Assembly (NCBI GenBank): GCA_022842685.1
Contig: JALHPC010000005.1
Coordinates: forward strand, 20,548-84,547
Source of the DNA: Candidatus Kapaibacterium sp.
GTDB lineage: Bacteria > Bacteroidota > Ignavibacteria > Kapaibacteriales > Kapaibacteriaceae
DNA length: 64,000 nt
Direction of reading: 5' to 3'
This document shows, in pieces, positions 1 through 11,924 of this stretch (the first letter of the stretch is position 1; each line of letters starts with the position of its first letter). The translations under genes were made by a program, and so were the position numbers. The notes under the pieces are model-generated. The model was not told the DNA's origin and made no database searches. It saw only the letters and a list, made by a program, of their open reading frames with translations.

Positions 1-2
1 TA

Positions 3-947
3 ACCAGATCAGGCAGGTATATCGAAGCACCCTACGATTACGTTGCAGGCCGAGTACAGTATACGCCGGACCGATTCAACTTTGGAAGCGTAGCTGATGC
101 TGATCTGCCATGTGCGGTGGTGGGTCTAACGAACGCAACCGATCAAGATATCCGTGTCGACAGTATTCTCATAAAGAACCATGTCGAAGTCTTCCGAGTC
201 ACGCCCACACGAACCATAGTGCCCGCTAAATCGTCGGTCGATATTGAAGTTTGTGTAGATCTTGGGAGAAACTATTCGATACTGGACACGCTTGTTCTCA
301 GACTTGGTTGCTTCGACATGATGGCAACTGAATTCTCCGCCCACAGAGAAGTGCCTAGAGTTACCATTGGCGATCAGAATTGGGGCACGGTGCCTGCGGA
401 TCAGTCGGTTCGACGCCCCGTCGTTATTCAGAATGTCGGTACCCTGCCAGTGATAATTTACGACTACGACCGGTCTCTTCTCGATCCGGCACGGAGTAAC
501 TTCTATAACCCGCTCGGCTTAGATGAACATCTGCCACTGTCCTTAGCTGCTGGGTCTCGCCACACGTATACTGTCGTATATAGTCCAAAGGGTGAGATTG
601 ATGTCGAGCACCGTCTCGACATTCCCTTTCTCACGAATGCATCGATGTACGATACGGTTGCAACACTCATTGGCAAGGGCGGCTCGCCAAGCGTAAGCGT
701 ACACGAGGCGTCAACAGCAGAGGCGCTAGCCGAGTGGTTCGTTACCAACGAGGCCATTGTCGTTCGCAATGTCACACCTGGTTCTTCTATCGTTCTTGTC
801 GACCTCAATGGACGTGAGCTCTTGTCGAAGTACAGTGTTGATGGTGGCACAATAGTGCTCCCCCGACCTCATGGCCTGGCCTCTGGCTTGTATCTCGTCG
901 TCCTTACATCGCCCGCTGGCCGCAGGCTTGTGTCGATTATGCTCTAA
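3..947 (+). CDS. Partial (5'-truncated by window edge) secreted protein ending in a T9SS C-terminal sorting domain
   Basis: Open frame runs to window start with no stop; C-terminus ...GTIVLPRPHGLASGLYLVVLTSPAGRRLVSIML resembles type-A Por secretion tail; no recognisable catalytic domain. Confidence 0.55.
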   Translation, partial: TRSGRYIEAPYDYVAGRVQYTPDRFNFGSVADADLPCAVVGLTNATDQDIRVDSILIKNHVEVFRVTPTRTIVPAKSSVDIEVCVDLGRNYSILDTLVLRLGCFDMMATEFSAHREVPRVTIGDQNWGTVPADQSVRRPVVIQNVGTLPVIIYDYDRSLLDPARSNFYNPLGLDEHLPLSLAAGSRHTYTVVYSPKGEIDVEHRLDIPFLTNASMYDTVATLIGKGGSPSVSVHEASTAEALAEWFVTNEAIVVRNVTPGSSIVLVDLNGRELLSKYSVDGGTIVLPRPHGLASGLYLVVLTSPAGRRLVSIML

Positions 948-976
948 CCCAGCACTCCTTAATCGTACTTCCTTAA

Positions 977-3291
<2,315 letters not shown>

Positions 3292-3338
3292 CGCGACGGT
3301 CGCGCAATGGCTACCACCGGCAAACGTCAACGCCGCCC

Positions 3339-4268
3339 ATGAATGACAATCCTGCAGGCGGACGTGGCTTCACGTTTCTGCCACCCTTTATAAAAACCCT
3401 GCTCATCACGAACGTTGGGTTCTTTCTGTTCGAGATGATGTTTCTTGCCGGCAGAACGCTTGGCGGCGAACCATTGCAGGCCGTTGTACGCGAGCTCTTT
3501 GCCCTAATGCCGTGGGAATCTGGTGCGTTTCGCCCCTGGCAGGTGATCACGTACCAGTACATGCACGGTGGCTTTTCACACCTGTTCTTTAACATGTTCG
3601 CGCTGTGGATGTTCGGCATGGAGTTAGAGAACATTTGGGGTAGTCGCAAGTTTGCCGTGTTCTATACCCTAAGCGGTATCGCGGCAGCTGTTGTCCACTT
3701 GGTGATTTCGCCGCTCCTTGGCTTGCCAGCAAACCCCACAGTTGGGGCGTCGGGCTCTATTATGGGCGTTCTCTTGGCCTTTGGCCTTACCTTCCCCACT
3801 CGCCCAATTCTGATGTTTCCCATCTTCATTCCAATTCCGGCACGCTGGTTTGTTGTGCTGTACGCCGGCATCAGCTTGGTGTCGGGTCTTATGTCGTCAG
3901 ACGATGGCGTTGCCCACTTCGCTCACCTAGGTGGTGCGCTTGGCGGCTTTCTGTTGCTGCGCTTTGGGCAGCCAATCTTTGCTCTCGTTGATCGGTGGGA
4001 ACAACGCTCACGAACGCCCTATCAGGCCAATGGAAGAGTAATCGAGGTAGACTATCGGCCAATTCCGCAAGACGATGACGATGTGCGTACGCCGATCTAT
4101 GCACCGCCCCAGCCTCGAACCAATACGCCCACACGATTTGTTGTCGATGGCGAGCCGATATCTCAAGAACATCTCGACGAGATTCTCGACAAGATTTCCA
4201 AGTTTGGATACCATAACTTATCGGCCCGCGAGAAGACGATACTGGAAGAGATAAGCCGACAGATGTAA
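3339..4268 (+). CDS. Rhomboid family intramembrane serine protease
   Basis: GASGSIMG catalytic Ser motif and AHxxHLGG His motif in hydrophobic context; extra C-terminal soluble tail. Confidence 0.8.
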   Translation: MNDNPAGGRGFTFLPPFIKTLLITNVGFFLFEMMFLAGRTLGGEPLQAVVRELFALMPWESGAFRPWQVITYQYMHGGFSHLFFNMFALWMFGMELENIWGSRKFAVFYTLSGIAAAVVHLVISPLLGLPANPTVGASGSIMGVLLAFGLTFPTRPILMFPIFIPIPARWFVVLYAGISLVSGLMSSDDGVAHFAHLGGALGGFLLLRFGQPIFALVDRWEQRSRTPYQANGRVIEVDYRPIPQDDDDVRTPIYAPPQPRTNTPTRFVVDGEPISQEHLDEILDKISKFGYHNLSAREKTILEEISRQM

Positions 4269-4271
4269 CGC

Positions 4272-6209
4272 ATGACCGCATCGTATACTCCCGCCTACTG
4301 CACGTCGTACACGTCGTACGCGCGTCGAACAACCATCGACGTTTCCATTGGCGGCTTGGCCATGGGGTCGAGTCATCCGATTCGCGTGCAATCGATGACG
4401 ACAACGAACACGCTCGACGTCGAAGGAACCATCGCCCAGTCTATCCGCATGATTGAAGCGGGCTGCGAGTTGGTACGCGTTACAGCCCCATCGATTCGCG
4501 AAGCCAAGGCCCTTGAGTTCATTCGCGCTGGACTCCGCGAACGCGGCTATGCAGTGCCCCTTGTAGCAGATATTCACTACACACCGAATGCGGCCGAAGT
4601 AGCTGCTCGGCTGGTGGAGAAGGTGAGGATTAATCCGGGTAACTACGTCGACAAAAAGCAGTTTGCCACGTTAGAGTACACGGATGCCGAATATGCGGCC
4701 GAGATTGAGCGCATTCGGCAGAAGTTTGTGCCGCTCTTGCACATATGCAGGGAGTACGGTACGGCGTTGCGAATTGGTACCAACCATGGCTCGTTGTCGG
4801 ACCGGATTATGTCGCGCTACGGCGACAGTCCCACAGGAATGGTTGAAAGTGCGCTTGAGTTTTTGCGCATCGCCGAGGATGAGGGCTTCTATAATATCGT
4901 GTTGTCGATGAAGTCGAGCAATCCGCTCGTCATGGTTGAAGCGTATCGACTTCTCGTTGTGCGGCTCGCCGAAGAAGGCCTAAAGCCCTACCCATTGCAC
5001 CTAGGAGTTACCGAAGCCGGAGATGGTGAGGACGGTCGAGTGAAGAGTGCGGTTGGGATAGGTACGCTTCTCGAAGACGGATTGGGCGACACCATACGTG
5101 TGTCGCTTACCGAAGAGCCAGAGGCCGAGATACCTGTGGCACGTGCTCTTGCCTATCGATACTCGCAGCGTGGAACATCGACGACCGCTCACAACGAGGT
5201 AACGCTGCCATACAATCCGTACGCCTACCATCGCCGCACCACGCGCGCTGTTGCCAACATCGGTGCCGACTTTCCTCCGCGTGTTGTGGCAGACCTCTCC
5301 GCCGCACGCATTGTTGAGCCATCGCAGTTATCCGGCGTGGGTCATATCTACGACCCTATTACCGATAAGTGGGCAACTACCGATCAGGGCTGCGACCATA
5401 TCTACGTAGGGTCTAATCCTCTACCCTTTATGCCACCGGCAGGTACTCGGCAAATTGTTGACTACGCAACGTGGCGTGAACTCGACGACCGCTTCTACAA
5501 TGTCCCACTTCACTCCTACGCCGACTTTGTAGGGGGCAACGAACGTCACTCCGTGATGAACGTAGTTCGGATTTTTGCCGAACAGGTCACCGACGAAGCC
5601 GTGCAGCAACTTGACCAGCCTGGAATTGTTGTGTTGCTTGCGACATCGCAGGCGCATGCCATGCCCACGTTGCGCATGGCCGCTGTACGCTTGATGAATC
5701 GAGGGTGCCAAACACCCGTCGTCGTTGATAGATCCTACCGAGACATCGATGCCGACGTTGCCGTGTTGCATGCCTCAACCGACGTAGGCGGCTTATTTGT
5801 TGATGGTATTGGCGACGGCGTAATGCTTGACCTTGGCGACTTGGGAGCGAGCAACAGACTAGCGTTTGGTATTCTGCAGGCAGCGCGCACTCGCATGACC
5901 AAAACCGAGTACATCTCGTGTCCTAGCTGCGGGCGAACGTTGTTCGACTTACAAGAAACAACAGCCCTCATTCGGCAGCATACCGATCACCTAAAGGGCA
6001 TCAAGATTGGCATCATGGGATGCATCGTCAACGGTCCAGGTGAAATGGCCGACGCCGACTACGGATATGTTGGCAGCGGGCCGGATCGAATCACACTCTA
6101 CCGAGGGCAGGACATCGTACGACGCAATGTACCAACTGCAGAGGCTCTAGACGCACTCGTCGACATCATGAAGGACGACGGCGTTTGGCTGGAACGCAGC
6201 AGTGCGTAA
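4272..6209 (+). CDS. ispG: 4-hydroxy-3-methylbut-2-enyl diphosphate synthase, long form with inserted domain
   Basis: N-terminal GcpE TIM-barrel motifs (PIRVQSMT, RINPGN), C-terminal CPSCGR Fe-S motif, ~270 aa insert typical of Bacteroidota/Chlorobi/plant-type IspG. Confidence 0.88.
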   Translation: MTASYTPAYCTSYTSYARRTTIDVSIGGLAMGSSHPIRVQSMTTTNTLDVEGTIAQSIRMIEAGCELVRVTAPSIREAKALEFIRAGLRERGYAVPLVADIHYTPNAAEVAARLVEKVRINPGNYVDKKQFATLEYTDAEYAAEIERIRQKFVPLLHICREYGTALRIGTNHGSLSDRIMSRYGDSPTGMVESALEFLRIAEDEGFYNIVLSMKSSNPLVMVEAYRLLVVRLAEEGLKPYPLHLGVTEAGDGEDGRVKSAVGIGTLLEDGLGDTIRVSLTEEPEAEIPVARALAYRYSQRGTSTTAHNEVTLPYNPYAYHRRTTRAVANIGADFPPRVVADLSAARIVEPSQLSGVGHIYDPITDKWATTDQGCDHIYVGSNPLPFMPPAGTRQIVDYATWRELDDRFYNVPLHSYADFVGGNERHSVMNVVRIFAEQVTDEAVQQLDQPGIVVLLATSQAHAMPTLRMAAVRLMNRGCQTPVVVDRSYRDIDADVAVLHASTDVGGLFVDGIGDGVMLDLGDLGASNRLAFGILQAARTRMTKTEYISCPSCGRTLFDLQETTALIRQHTDHLKGIKIGIMGCIVNGPGEMADADYGYVGSGPDRITLYRGQDIVRRNVPTAEALDALVDIMKDDGVWLERSSA

Positions 6210-6241
6210 AAAAAAACCCGGAGTCTATGTTACTAGACTCC
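6208..6241 (-). terminator. Rho-independent terminator for prs-rplY transcript
   Basis: 8-bp stem GGAGTCTA/TAGACTCC with 6-nt loop, followed on minus strand by a 9-nt U-run (A9 on plus strand). Confidence 0.6.
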
Positions 6242-6330
6242 AGGTTAGAGCATCTGGCGCAGCATTCAGGGGAGCAAATACTGCTCAACTCAATTGCAAA
6301 CGTATGGAAAAACCGCCAAAGCGGAGGTGA

Positions 6331-6909
6331 TTACTTCTTGTCGCCGCCTTGTTGTGAAGCCGCAACGCGTGGCTGGTAGCACGACACGATGACGTTTTCG
6401 GCACGGTCGATGATGTCGACGCCTTCAATCTTAATGTCACCAACGTGAATCGATCCACCGATCGTTAGGCCGGAGATATCAACCACGAGGTGTTCTGGCA
6501 TCGTATGTGGGTCGACGCGGGCATGCACACGGTGAATCGTATGGTCGAGGGCACCGCCGCGCTTTACACCCTCGGCTGTGCCTTCTAGGTGAAGCGGCAT
6601 GCTTACGACGATCTTCTCGCCTGGCTTTACGCCAAGGAAGTCAACGTGTGTAATTGCATCGGTAATCGGATCGAACGTCACGTCTTGAAGCACACAGTTT
6701 ACCGTACGAGCACCTTCGATTTCTAGGGAAATCATCCGTGCCTTCGACGTGTAGACGACGGGGCGCAAACTAAGAGCTGGAATGGCAACGTGAACGGGAG
6801 TGTCGCTTTTGGAGTAGAACACGCCTGGTACAACGCCTTGTGTGCGCATTGTGCGGGCGGCGCTGCGACCTGGAACGCGTTGTGAAGCTTTGATAGAGAC
6901 TGTACTCAT
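6331..6909 (-). CDS. rplY: 50S ribosomal protein L25 / general stress protein Ctc
   Basis: L25/Ctc family sequence (RTQGVVPGVFY..., beta-barrel plus C-terminal domain); internal ATG at 6909 chosen because ORF upstream would overlap prs. Confidence 0.8.
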   Translation of the reverse strand: MSTVSIKASQRVPGRSAARTMRTQGVVPGVFYSKSDTPVHVAIPALSLRPVVYTSKARMISLEIEGARTVNCVLQDVTFDPITDAITHVDFLGVKPGEKIVVSMPLHLEGTAEGVKRGGALDHTIHRVHARVDPHTMPEHLVVDISGLTIGGSIHVGDIKIEGVDIIDRAENVIVSCYQPRVAASQQGGDKK

Positions 6910-6919
6910 GAGTAGTACC

Positions 6920-7867
6920 TCAAGATTGTGCTCGCTCGAACAGCGAACTGATGGATTGGTTTTCGTGTGTTCGTATGATTGCCTCGGCAAAAAGGCCTGC
7001 TACACTGATCACTTCGATTTTTGGATGCTGTTGAACCATCGGAATCGTGTCGGTAACGTAGAGTTTCGACAGAGCATCCGAAGCGGCAATTTTCTCTACG
7101 GCTTGTCCGGAGAAAACTGGGTGAGTACAGAACCCCACTATCGTTTGCGCTCCAGCATTCCGAAGAGCTTCGGCGCATTGGACGAAGGTGCTGCCTGTAT
7201 CGATGAGGTCGTCGACCATGATGACGTTCTTATCTCGTACGTCACCGATGATGTTTACAACTTCGGCGACGTTGTGGCTTGGTCGGCGTTTGTCGACAAC
7301 GACAAGATCGGCACCACCGAGCATCTTTGCAAATGCGCGTGCCGTTTTCACGCCACCAACATCGGGTGAAGCCACTGCGAGATTCGTCATGCCGAGCCCT
7401 TTCAGGATCTCGACACTCACTGACGAGGCATAGAGGTGATCAAGTGGAATGTCAAAGAAACCTTGCAGCTGCGGTGTATGGAGGTCCATAGTTATTACAC
7501 GATGGGCTCCAGCATGCATCAACAGGTTGGCAACAAGCTTCGCCGTAATAGCCACCCGTGGTTGATCCTTTCGGTCTTGACGGGCATAGCCAAAGTACGG
7601 AATGACGGCCGTGATGCGCCGGGCAGATGCTCGCTTGGCAGCATCAATCAGCATCAGCAGCTCCATCAAGTTATCCGAAGGGGCTATCGTCGACTGAACG
7701 ATGTACAAGTCGACGCCTCTGACGTTTTCTTCGTACTTGACCCAAATTTCGCCGTCGGCGAAATTGCGGATGGTCACATCGGATAGTTCCCGATGGGTCC
7801 CACGGGCGATCTTTTCTGCGATGTCGCGATTCGATCTACCCGCAACAATCTTGATGTCGGAATTCAC
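6920..7867 (-). CDS. prs: Ribose-phosphate pyrophosphokinase
   Basis: PRPP synthetase motifs (DLHTPQLQGFFDIPLDHL, VDDLIDTGST PRPP-binding loop); GTG start; prs-rplY gene order is conserved. Confidence 0.9.
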   Translation of the reverse strand: MNSDIKIVAGRSNRDIAEKIARGTHRELSDVTIRNFADGEIWVKYEENVRGVDLYIVQSTIAPSDNLMELLMLIDAAKRASARRITAVIPYFGYARQDRKDQPRVAITAKLVANLLMHAGAHRVITMDLHTPQLQGFFDIPLDHLYASSVSVEILKGLGMTNLAVASPDVGGVKTARAFAKMLGGADLVVVDKRRPSHNVAEVVNIIGDVRDKNVIMVDDLIDTGSTFVQCAEALRNAGAQTIVGFCTHPVFSGQAVEKIAASDALSKLYVTDTIPMVQQHPKIEVISVAGLFAEAIIRTHENQSISSLFERAQS

Positions 7868-7896
7868 CCGTTACGGCCTATCTTGCTGTGCTTTAG

Positions 7897-7968
7897 CTGG
7901 GGCGGCTGGATTCGAACCAACGAATGGCGGTACCAAAAACCGCTGCCTTACCGCTTGGCGACGCCCCA
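7897..7968 (-). tRNA. tRNA-Gln (anticodon TTG)
   Basis: Reverse complement reads TGGGGCGTCGCCAAGCGGTAAGGCAGCGGTTTTTGGTACCGCC...GGTTCGAATCCAGCCGCCCCAG: 7-bp acceptor, GCGGT/ACCGC anticodon stem, loop TTTTGGT, GTTCGAATC T-loop; CCA not encoded. Confidence 0.85.
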
Positions 7969-8047
7969 GTGCTTTTCAAAGAGCTACAAATATACGGCGG
8001 ATGATCAAATCACCATCGTGTGAACTACGACTTTTTTTGAGTGAAGT

Positions 8048-9037
8048 ATGAGCTACGTATCTCTTCCGGTTCTCGGCCAGTCGCACGCAGCCCCTTTCAA
8101 TTGGCAGACGTGGTATGAAGATGTGGGTGGGCGTACGATTTCAATACCTGAGGCCGATGCATGGATGAGGGCGATTGTCGAAGATCAAGTACCCAGGTTC
8201 GACGGCCGAGTAGCCCCCATGCAGCAGCACTTTGCTACGCCTCGTGAAGCAGCAGACTGGGTGAAGGCTTCGGCGAAATCCGACATCGTAGGTATATGCA
8301 GAGTTGAGGCCGCGGACGTCTACGCTGGGCGTTCTGTCGATGCTCAATATGCCATTGTGCTTGGTTCTCGGATGCGCTACGAGCACTTTGTTGAAGTACC
8401 TTCGGAACAGGCGGCCGTTGAGTGTTTGCGAGTGTATCATCAGCTAGGCGAGGAAGTCATTGCCCTTGCCAATGCCATTCGAGCCATTGGGCACGCCTGT
8501 ACGGTAGAGCATCCGCTGGGAGATTCTTCAGTGATGCACATTCCGCTAGCCCTCAAGGCGGGTTTTGGCGAACTGGGGCGCCACGGTAGTATTATCCATC
8601 CCACCTTTGGACCACTTTTCCGCATTGGCAGCGTGTTAACGAATCTCGAGATGGCGATTGATGATCCTGTTGACGCAGGCATCGGCGCCTTCTGTGATCG
8701 GTGCAAGGCATGCCGTCAGTTTTGTCCACCCGACGCAATTCCCGACAGTCGATTCGACGACGGCATCGTCGACCACACAGGTCGACCTCGATATGTTGTC
8801 GACACAGGCAAGTGTTTCCCCTATTTTGCCCGACAGAACTACTGTTCTGCTTGTTTGGCAGTGTGCGCGTGGGCTCGCAAGTCATGGGCAGTAGGCCTTG
8901 ACGGACAGCCACTACCCTTTCCTTCGGTACCATTTGGAACAACTCCTCCGCCGCTATCTCAACGCGTGGAACACCATTCGTACCCTCAGATTCGACGTTC
9001 CGAGGCGTCGCCTCATCACCGAAGCAAACAGAAGTAG
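8048..9037 (+). CDS. 4Fe-4S double-cluster protein, epoxyqueuosine reductase (QueG) / reductive-dehalogenase-like
   Basis: Two ferredoxin motifs CDRCKACRQFCP and C..CSACLAVC preceded by a GSxxxxxxGxxxRIGSVLT segment resembling QueG; sits next to a tRNA gene. Confidence 0.5.
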   Translation: MSYVSLPVLGQSHAAPFNWQTWYEDVGGRTISIPEADAWMRAIVEDQVPRFDGRVAPMQQHFATPREAADWVKASAKSDIVGICRVEAADVYAGRSVDAQYAIVLGSRMRYEHFVEVPSEQAAVECLRVYHQLGEEVIALANAIRAIGHACTVEHPLGDSSVMHIPLALKAGFGELGRHGSIIHPTFGPLFRIGSVLTNLEMAIDDPVDAGIGAFCDRCKACRQFCPPDAIPDSRFDDGIVDHTGRPRYVVDTGKCFPYFARQNYCSACLAVCAWARKSWAVGLDGQPLPFPSVPFGTTPPPLSQRVEHHSYPQIRRSEASPHHRSKQK

Positions 9038-9083
9038 TAGCTCGAATCTGCGTACTCGGCACGACACTCTCTGTAACGCAAAC

Positions 9084-9110
9084 GGGGTGTTGTTCAACGA
9101 ACAACACCCC
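9084..9110. terminator. Bidirectional hairpin terminator between the QueG-like gene and rpsR
   Basis: 12-bp perfect stem GGGGTGTTGTTC/GAACAACACCCC with 3-nt loop in a convergent intergenic gap. Confidence 0.5.
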
Positions 9111-9138
9111 GTACAATCGTCAGAAATCGGTGCCCCCC

Positions 9139-9420
9139 TTATCGGGTATCTTGAGCTACGAATGGTAGCAGCGCCAGGTGGCGTGCATACTTAATAGCAC
9201 TGGACAGGCGGCGTTGTTGTAGTGCCGAAACGCCGGTAATACGGCGTGGGAGAATCTTACCTTGATCGTTGGTAAAACGACCCAAGAACTTTGGATCGAG
9301 GTAATCGATCATACGCGAGCGGCGAAGCGGGTTGAAACGCTTCTTCACTTGCTTACGATTCTGCCGAAACGGCGAATTGATGGCGTTGGGGTTGGGCTGG
9401 TTGGTGTTTGGTACTGCCAC
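9139..9420 (-). CDS. rpsR: 30S ribosomal protein S18
   Basis: [15 protein letters not shown]...QRRL..AIK.AR.LALLP matches S18 signature; GTG start. Confidence 0.85.
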   Translation of the reverse strand: MAVPNTNQPNPNAINSPFRQNRKQVKKRFNPLRRSRMIDYLDPKFLGRFTNDQGKILPRRITGVSALQQRRLSSAIKYARHLALLPFVAQDTR

Positions 9421-9435
9421 GGTAATATCCTATGC

Positions 9436-9669
9436 TTACTTCTTGCTCTTGTCCTTGATGGCCTGCGTCTTCTCGAAACGCTTCTTGAACCGGTCAACAC
9501 GACCTGCCGTGTCCAACAGCATGTTCTTGCCTGTAAAAAACGGATGCGACTTGGAATCGATTTCCAACACCATACGCTCGCCCTTGTAGCACGAACGCGT
9601 TTGGAAGATCGTACCGTCCGTCTGCACTACGTCAATCGTCTTGTACGCGGGATGAATACCCTTCTTCAT
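9436..9669 (-). CDS. rpmE: 50S ribosomal protein L31
   Basis: MKKGIHP N-terminus and HPFFTGK...GRVDRF.KRF C-terminal signature of L31. Confidence 0.88.
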   Translation of the reverse strand: MKKGIHPAYKTIDVVQTDGTIFQTRSCYKGERMVLEIDSKSHPFFTGKNMLLDTAGRVDRFKKRFEKTQAIKDKSKK

Positions 9670-9671
9670 GA

Positions 9672-9845
9672 TTACCTCGAGATGTCGATTTTTTCTACTT
9701 GGCCAAGGTCGTCAACCTTTACGAAGCGTTCGACGAACTTAATCGTGCCCTTGTCGCTACGATAGGCCTTTACAACCTTGACGTTGACGCGCGTGTCAAC
9801 TGCTTTCTTCTTGGTTTTGTCACCAAATGTTTGGGTTTTTGCCAT
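9672..9845 (-). CDS. Small conserved 57-aa protein, possibly DUF4295-like, co-transcribed with rpmE-rpsR
   Basis: ATG at 9845 to TAA at 9672 (not in ORF track because <60 aa); MAKTQTFGDKTKKKAVDTRVNVKVVKAYRSDKGTIKFVERFVKVDDLGQVEKIDISR; stop overlaps rpmE start as TAATCATG. Confidence 0.4.
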   Translation of the reverse strand: MAKTQTFGDKTKKKAVDTRVNVKVVKAYRSDKGTIKFVERFVKVDDLGQVEKIDISR

Positions 9846-9956
9846 GGCTCAGCTCGGCTGTCTACGTGAGTTTGATTTTGAACGAATGACAAAGATACGG
9901 CAGATACGCGAACTGTACAACACTCTTGTTTCGATTCTCACCGTAGTTTTGCCGCC

Positions 9957-11126
9957 ATGCGTGTGATGAAGTTTGGTGGCGCTGTCCTGCATTCCCCTGA
10001 TGGGTTCCGACAAATGGCCGAGATCCTACTACGCCAGCAGGGCTCGCCGTGCCTGGTCGTCGTCTCGGCCTTTTCCTCTACGACCCGCGATTTAGAGTTC
10101 ACCACACGTTTAGCCCTGCAAGGGGCACTGGCAGAAGCGCTGGAGCGACTTACGCACGTTGTCGACGATCATCGCCAGTTGGTTCGAGCTCTCATCGACG
10201 ACGTTGCAACGCGCGACGCGCTGGCCACGTTGCTCGACGACTGCTATGCGTCGACGTCGCGTCTGCTTACAGGCATCTCCATTACACGGCAGCGCTCGCC
10301 GCGGATTCTCGACGAGGTGTTAGCCGTGGGCGAATTTATGGCCCTGCATATTGCTCGTCACGTGCTGGGCGCAGCCGGCCTGTCAACAATGTCGGCCGAT
10401 GCAACAACGGTTATGGTCACTACAGAGGACTTCGGCAAGGCCGTTCCACTCATCCCGCCTACGACGCTTCGCGCTCGACGCATTCTGCGCCCCCTACTCG
10501 AGCATCATGATGTTGTAATGGTGCAGGGATTTGTAGGACAAACCGAGTCAGGCGTTACAACCACCATGGGTAAGGAGTCGTCGAACCTTACGGCTACCGT
10601 TCTCGGCGCTGCCTTGGAAGCCGACGAAATCGTGATATGGACCAACGTGGCCGGACTACGCACTGGCGATCCTGATGTGTGCACCAACACGGTCGTCGTA
10701 CCCTCACTCTCGTGGCAGGAGGCCCTCGAAACCGCCCATGCCGGTGTTAAGGTGCTCTACCCTACGATGATTGAGCCTGCCGCCGCTGCAAACATTCCAA
10801 TTCGTATTGCCCATGCATTGCATCCCGACGGCGAACAAACGGTTCTGGGTGTGCCTGGACCTGCGCCACCACCCATCGTTGTGTTAGCCGAATCTACCGA
10901 CGACGTACACCATGCCTGCATCACTACCGTCTTTGCGCCGCGCCAAGAGTGGCTACGCACTATAACAACGGTTATCGACGAGCACAATGTTGGTAACGCA
11001 TTCTCATGTTCCACATCAGAGTCGTCAGCCGCATCATTGTTGTGCATTCCAGCATCTGTTGCTCGTAGCTCCGCCCAGTCTATTCACAACCTCCTTGTCC
11101 ATCACACCAATGAAACCGGTTCATGA
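9957..11126 (+). CDS. Aspartate kinase (amino-acid kinase family with a single ACT-like C-terminal region)
   Basis: MKFGGAVL N-terminus, VVSA..T nucleotide-binding region, IVIWTNVAGLRTGDP kinase motif. Confidence 0.75.
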   Translation: MRVMKFGGAVLHSPDGFRQMAEILLRQQGSPCLVVVSAFSSTTRDLEFTTRLALQGALAEALERLTHVVDDHRQLVRALIDDVATRDALATLLDDCYASTSRLLTGISITRQRSPRILDEVLAVGEFMALHIARHVLGAAGLSTMSADATTVMVTTEDFGKAVPLIPPTTLRARRILRPLLEHHDVVMVQGFVGQTESGVTTTMGKESSNLTATVLGAALEADEIVIWTNVAGLRTGDPDVCTNTVVVPSLSWQEALETAHAGVKVLYPTMIEPAAAANIPIRIAHALHPDGEQTVLGVPGPAPPPIVVLAESTDDVHHACITTVFAPRQEWLRTITTVIDEHNVGNAFSCSTSESSAASLLCIPASVARSSAQSIHNLLVHHTNETGS

Positions 11127-11130
11127 AAAG

Positions 11131-11340
11131 ATGCCCATCTCGACGTTCGAGCCAGGCGTTGCCTACACATTCAGCCTCAACGGTACCCCATTGTACAAGG
11201 CCGACGTGGTGAAATTTCACGGTGGCTGCTGGGCAACGGTGCGCCTTGTGTCCATCAACGACACATCCCTGGCCGGTACGTACCAACCAGGGATGGAATT
11301 TGACATTAAGGTAGCCAACTACGAGATAAGCGCCGACTAG
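11131..11340 (+). CDS. Hypothetical small protein
   Basis: ORF only; start ambiguous (11110 or 11131), overlaps aspartokinase tail in another frame; no recognisable domain. Confidence 0.25.
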   Translation: MPISTFEPGVAYTFSLNGTPLYKADVVKFHGGCWATVRLVSINDTSLAGTYQPGMEFDIKVANYEISAD

Positions 11341-11876
11341 TCTTCTTGCTCGGTGGCTTTCTTGACTTCTTCGGCTGTATACTGCTTAATCAGCGCCATC
11401 ATCTTGCGCTCCAAGTCGCCATTGCTATTCCAGAAGTGCATCTGATTCGTGATGTATTCTTCGAAGCCAGACAACTCGGCTTTCAAGATGATTCGTGTTT
11501 CGTTGCGGCGCTCTTCACGAACGTTAAGTCGATACTGTATGCGACCATTTACCCAAACACCATTGCGAATGCGGGGTAATTTGCCGAACTTCTCCATTTC
11601 GTCTTCGGTGGTCTCTTCGCCCGAGGCAAGTACGCAGTAGTCGGATACGTAAATTCCACGGTAGAAGCCATCGACGTCCTCGGGCTCGATGACCTTGAGA
11701 TTCTGCGGCTTGCCACACTTGTTCTCATCCATGGCACGCTGCACGGCAGCCCAGACCTTTCCAAACGAACCCGACACAACTTCGTCGAGAACAAGCTGCT
11801 CGGTTTGCTGCGCAAGTGCCGGCACGGCTGCTGCAACCAGCACTAACGCGAGGGCTATACAACGAATACGATTCAT
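11337..11876 (-). CDS. Hypothetical secreted protein
   Basis: N-terminal signal peptide (CIALALVLVAAAVPALAQQ); no recognisable domain. Confidence 0.5.
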   Translation of the reverse strand: MNRIRCIALALVLVAAAVPALAQQTEQLVLDEVVSGSFGKVWAAVQRAMDENKCGKPQNLKVIEPEDVDGFYRGIYVSDYCVLASGEETTEDEMEKFGKLPRIRNGVWVNGRIQYRLNVREERRNETRIILKAELSGFEEYITNQMHFWNSNGDLERKMMALIKQYTAEEVKKATEQED

Positions 11877-11924
11877 GAAGAACCTCGAATCTTAAAAAAT
11901 GATGTTTCTGAATGTAGGCGACGA

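Noticed and set aside
7701-8051. Plus-strand ORFs overlapping tRNA-Gln, and 63507-63710 overlapping tRNA-Leu
   Set aside because: They overlap well-supported tRNA genes and have no protein features.
10049-10510. 153-aa plus-strand ORF in alternative frame within the aspartokinase gene
   Set aside because: Arg-rich low-complexity translation in a frame overlapping a well-supported kinase domain.
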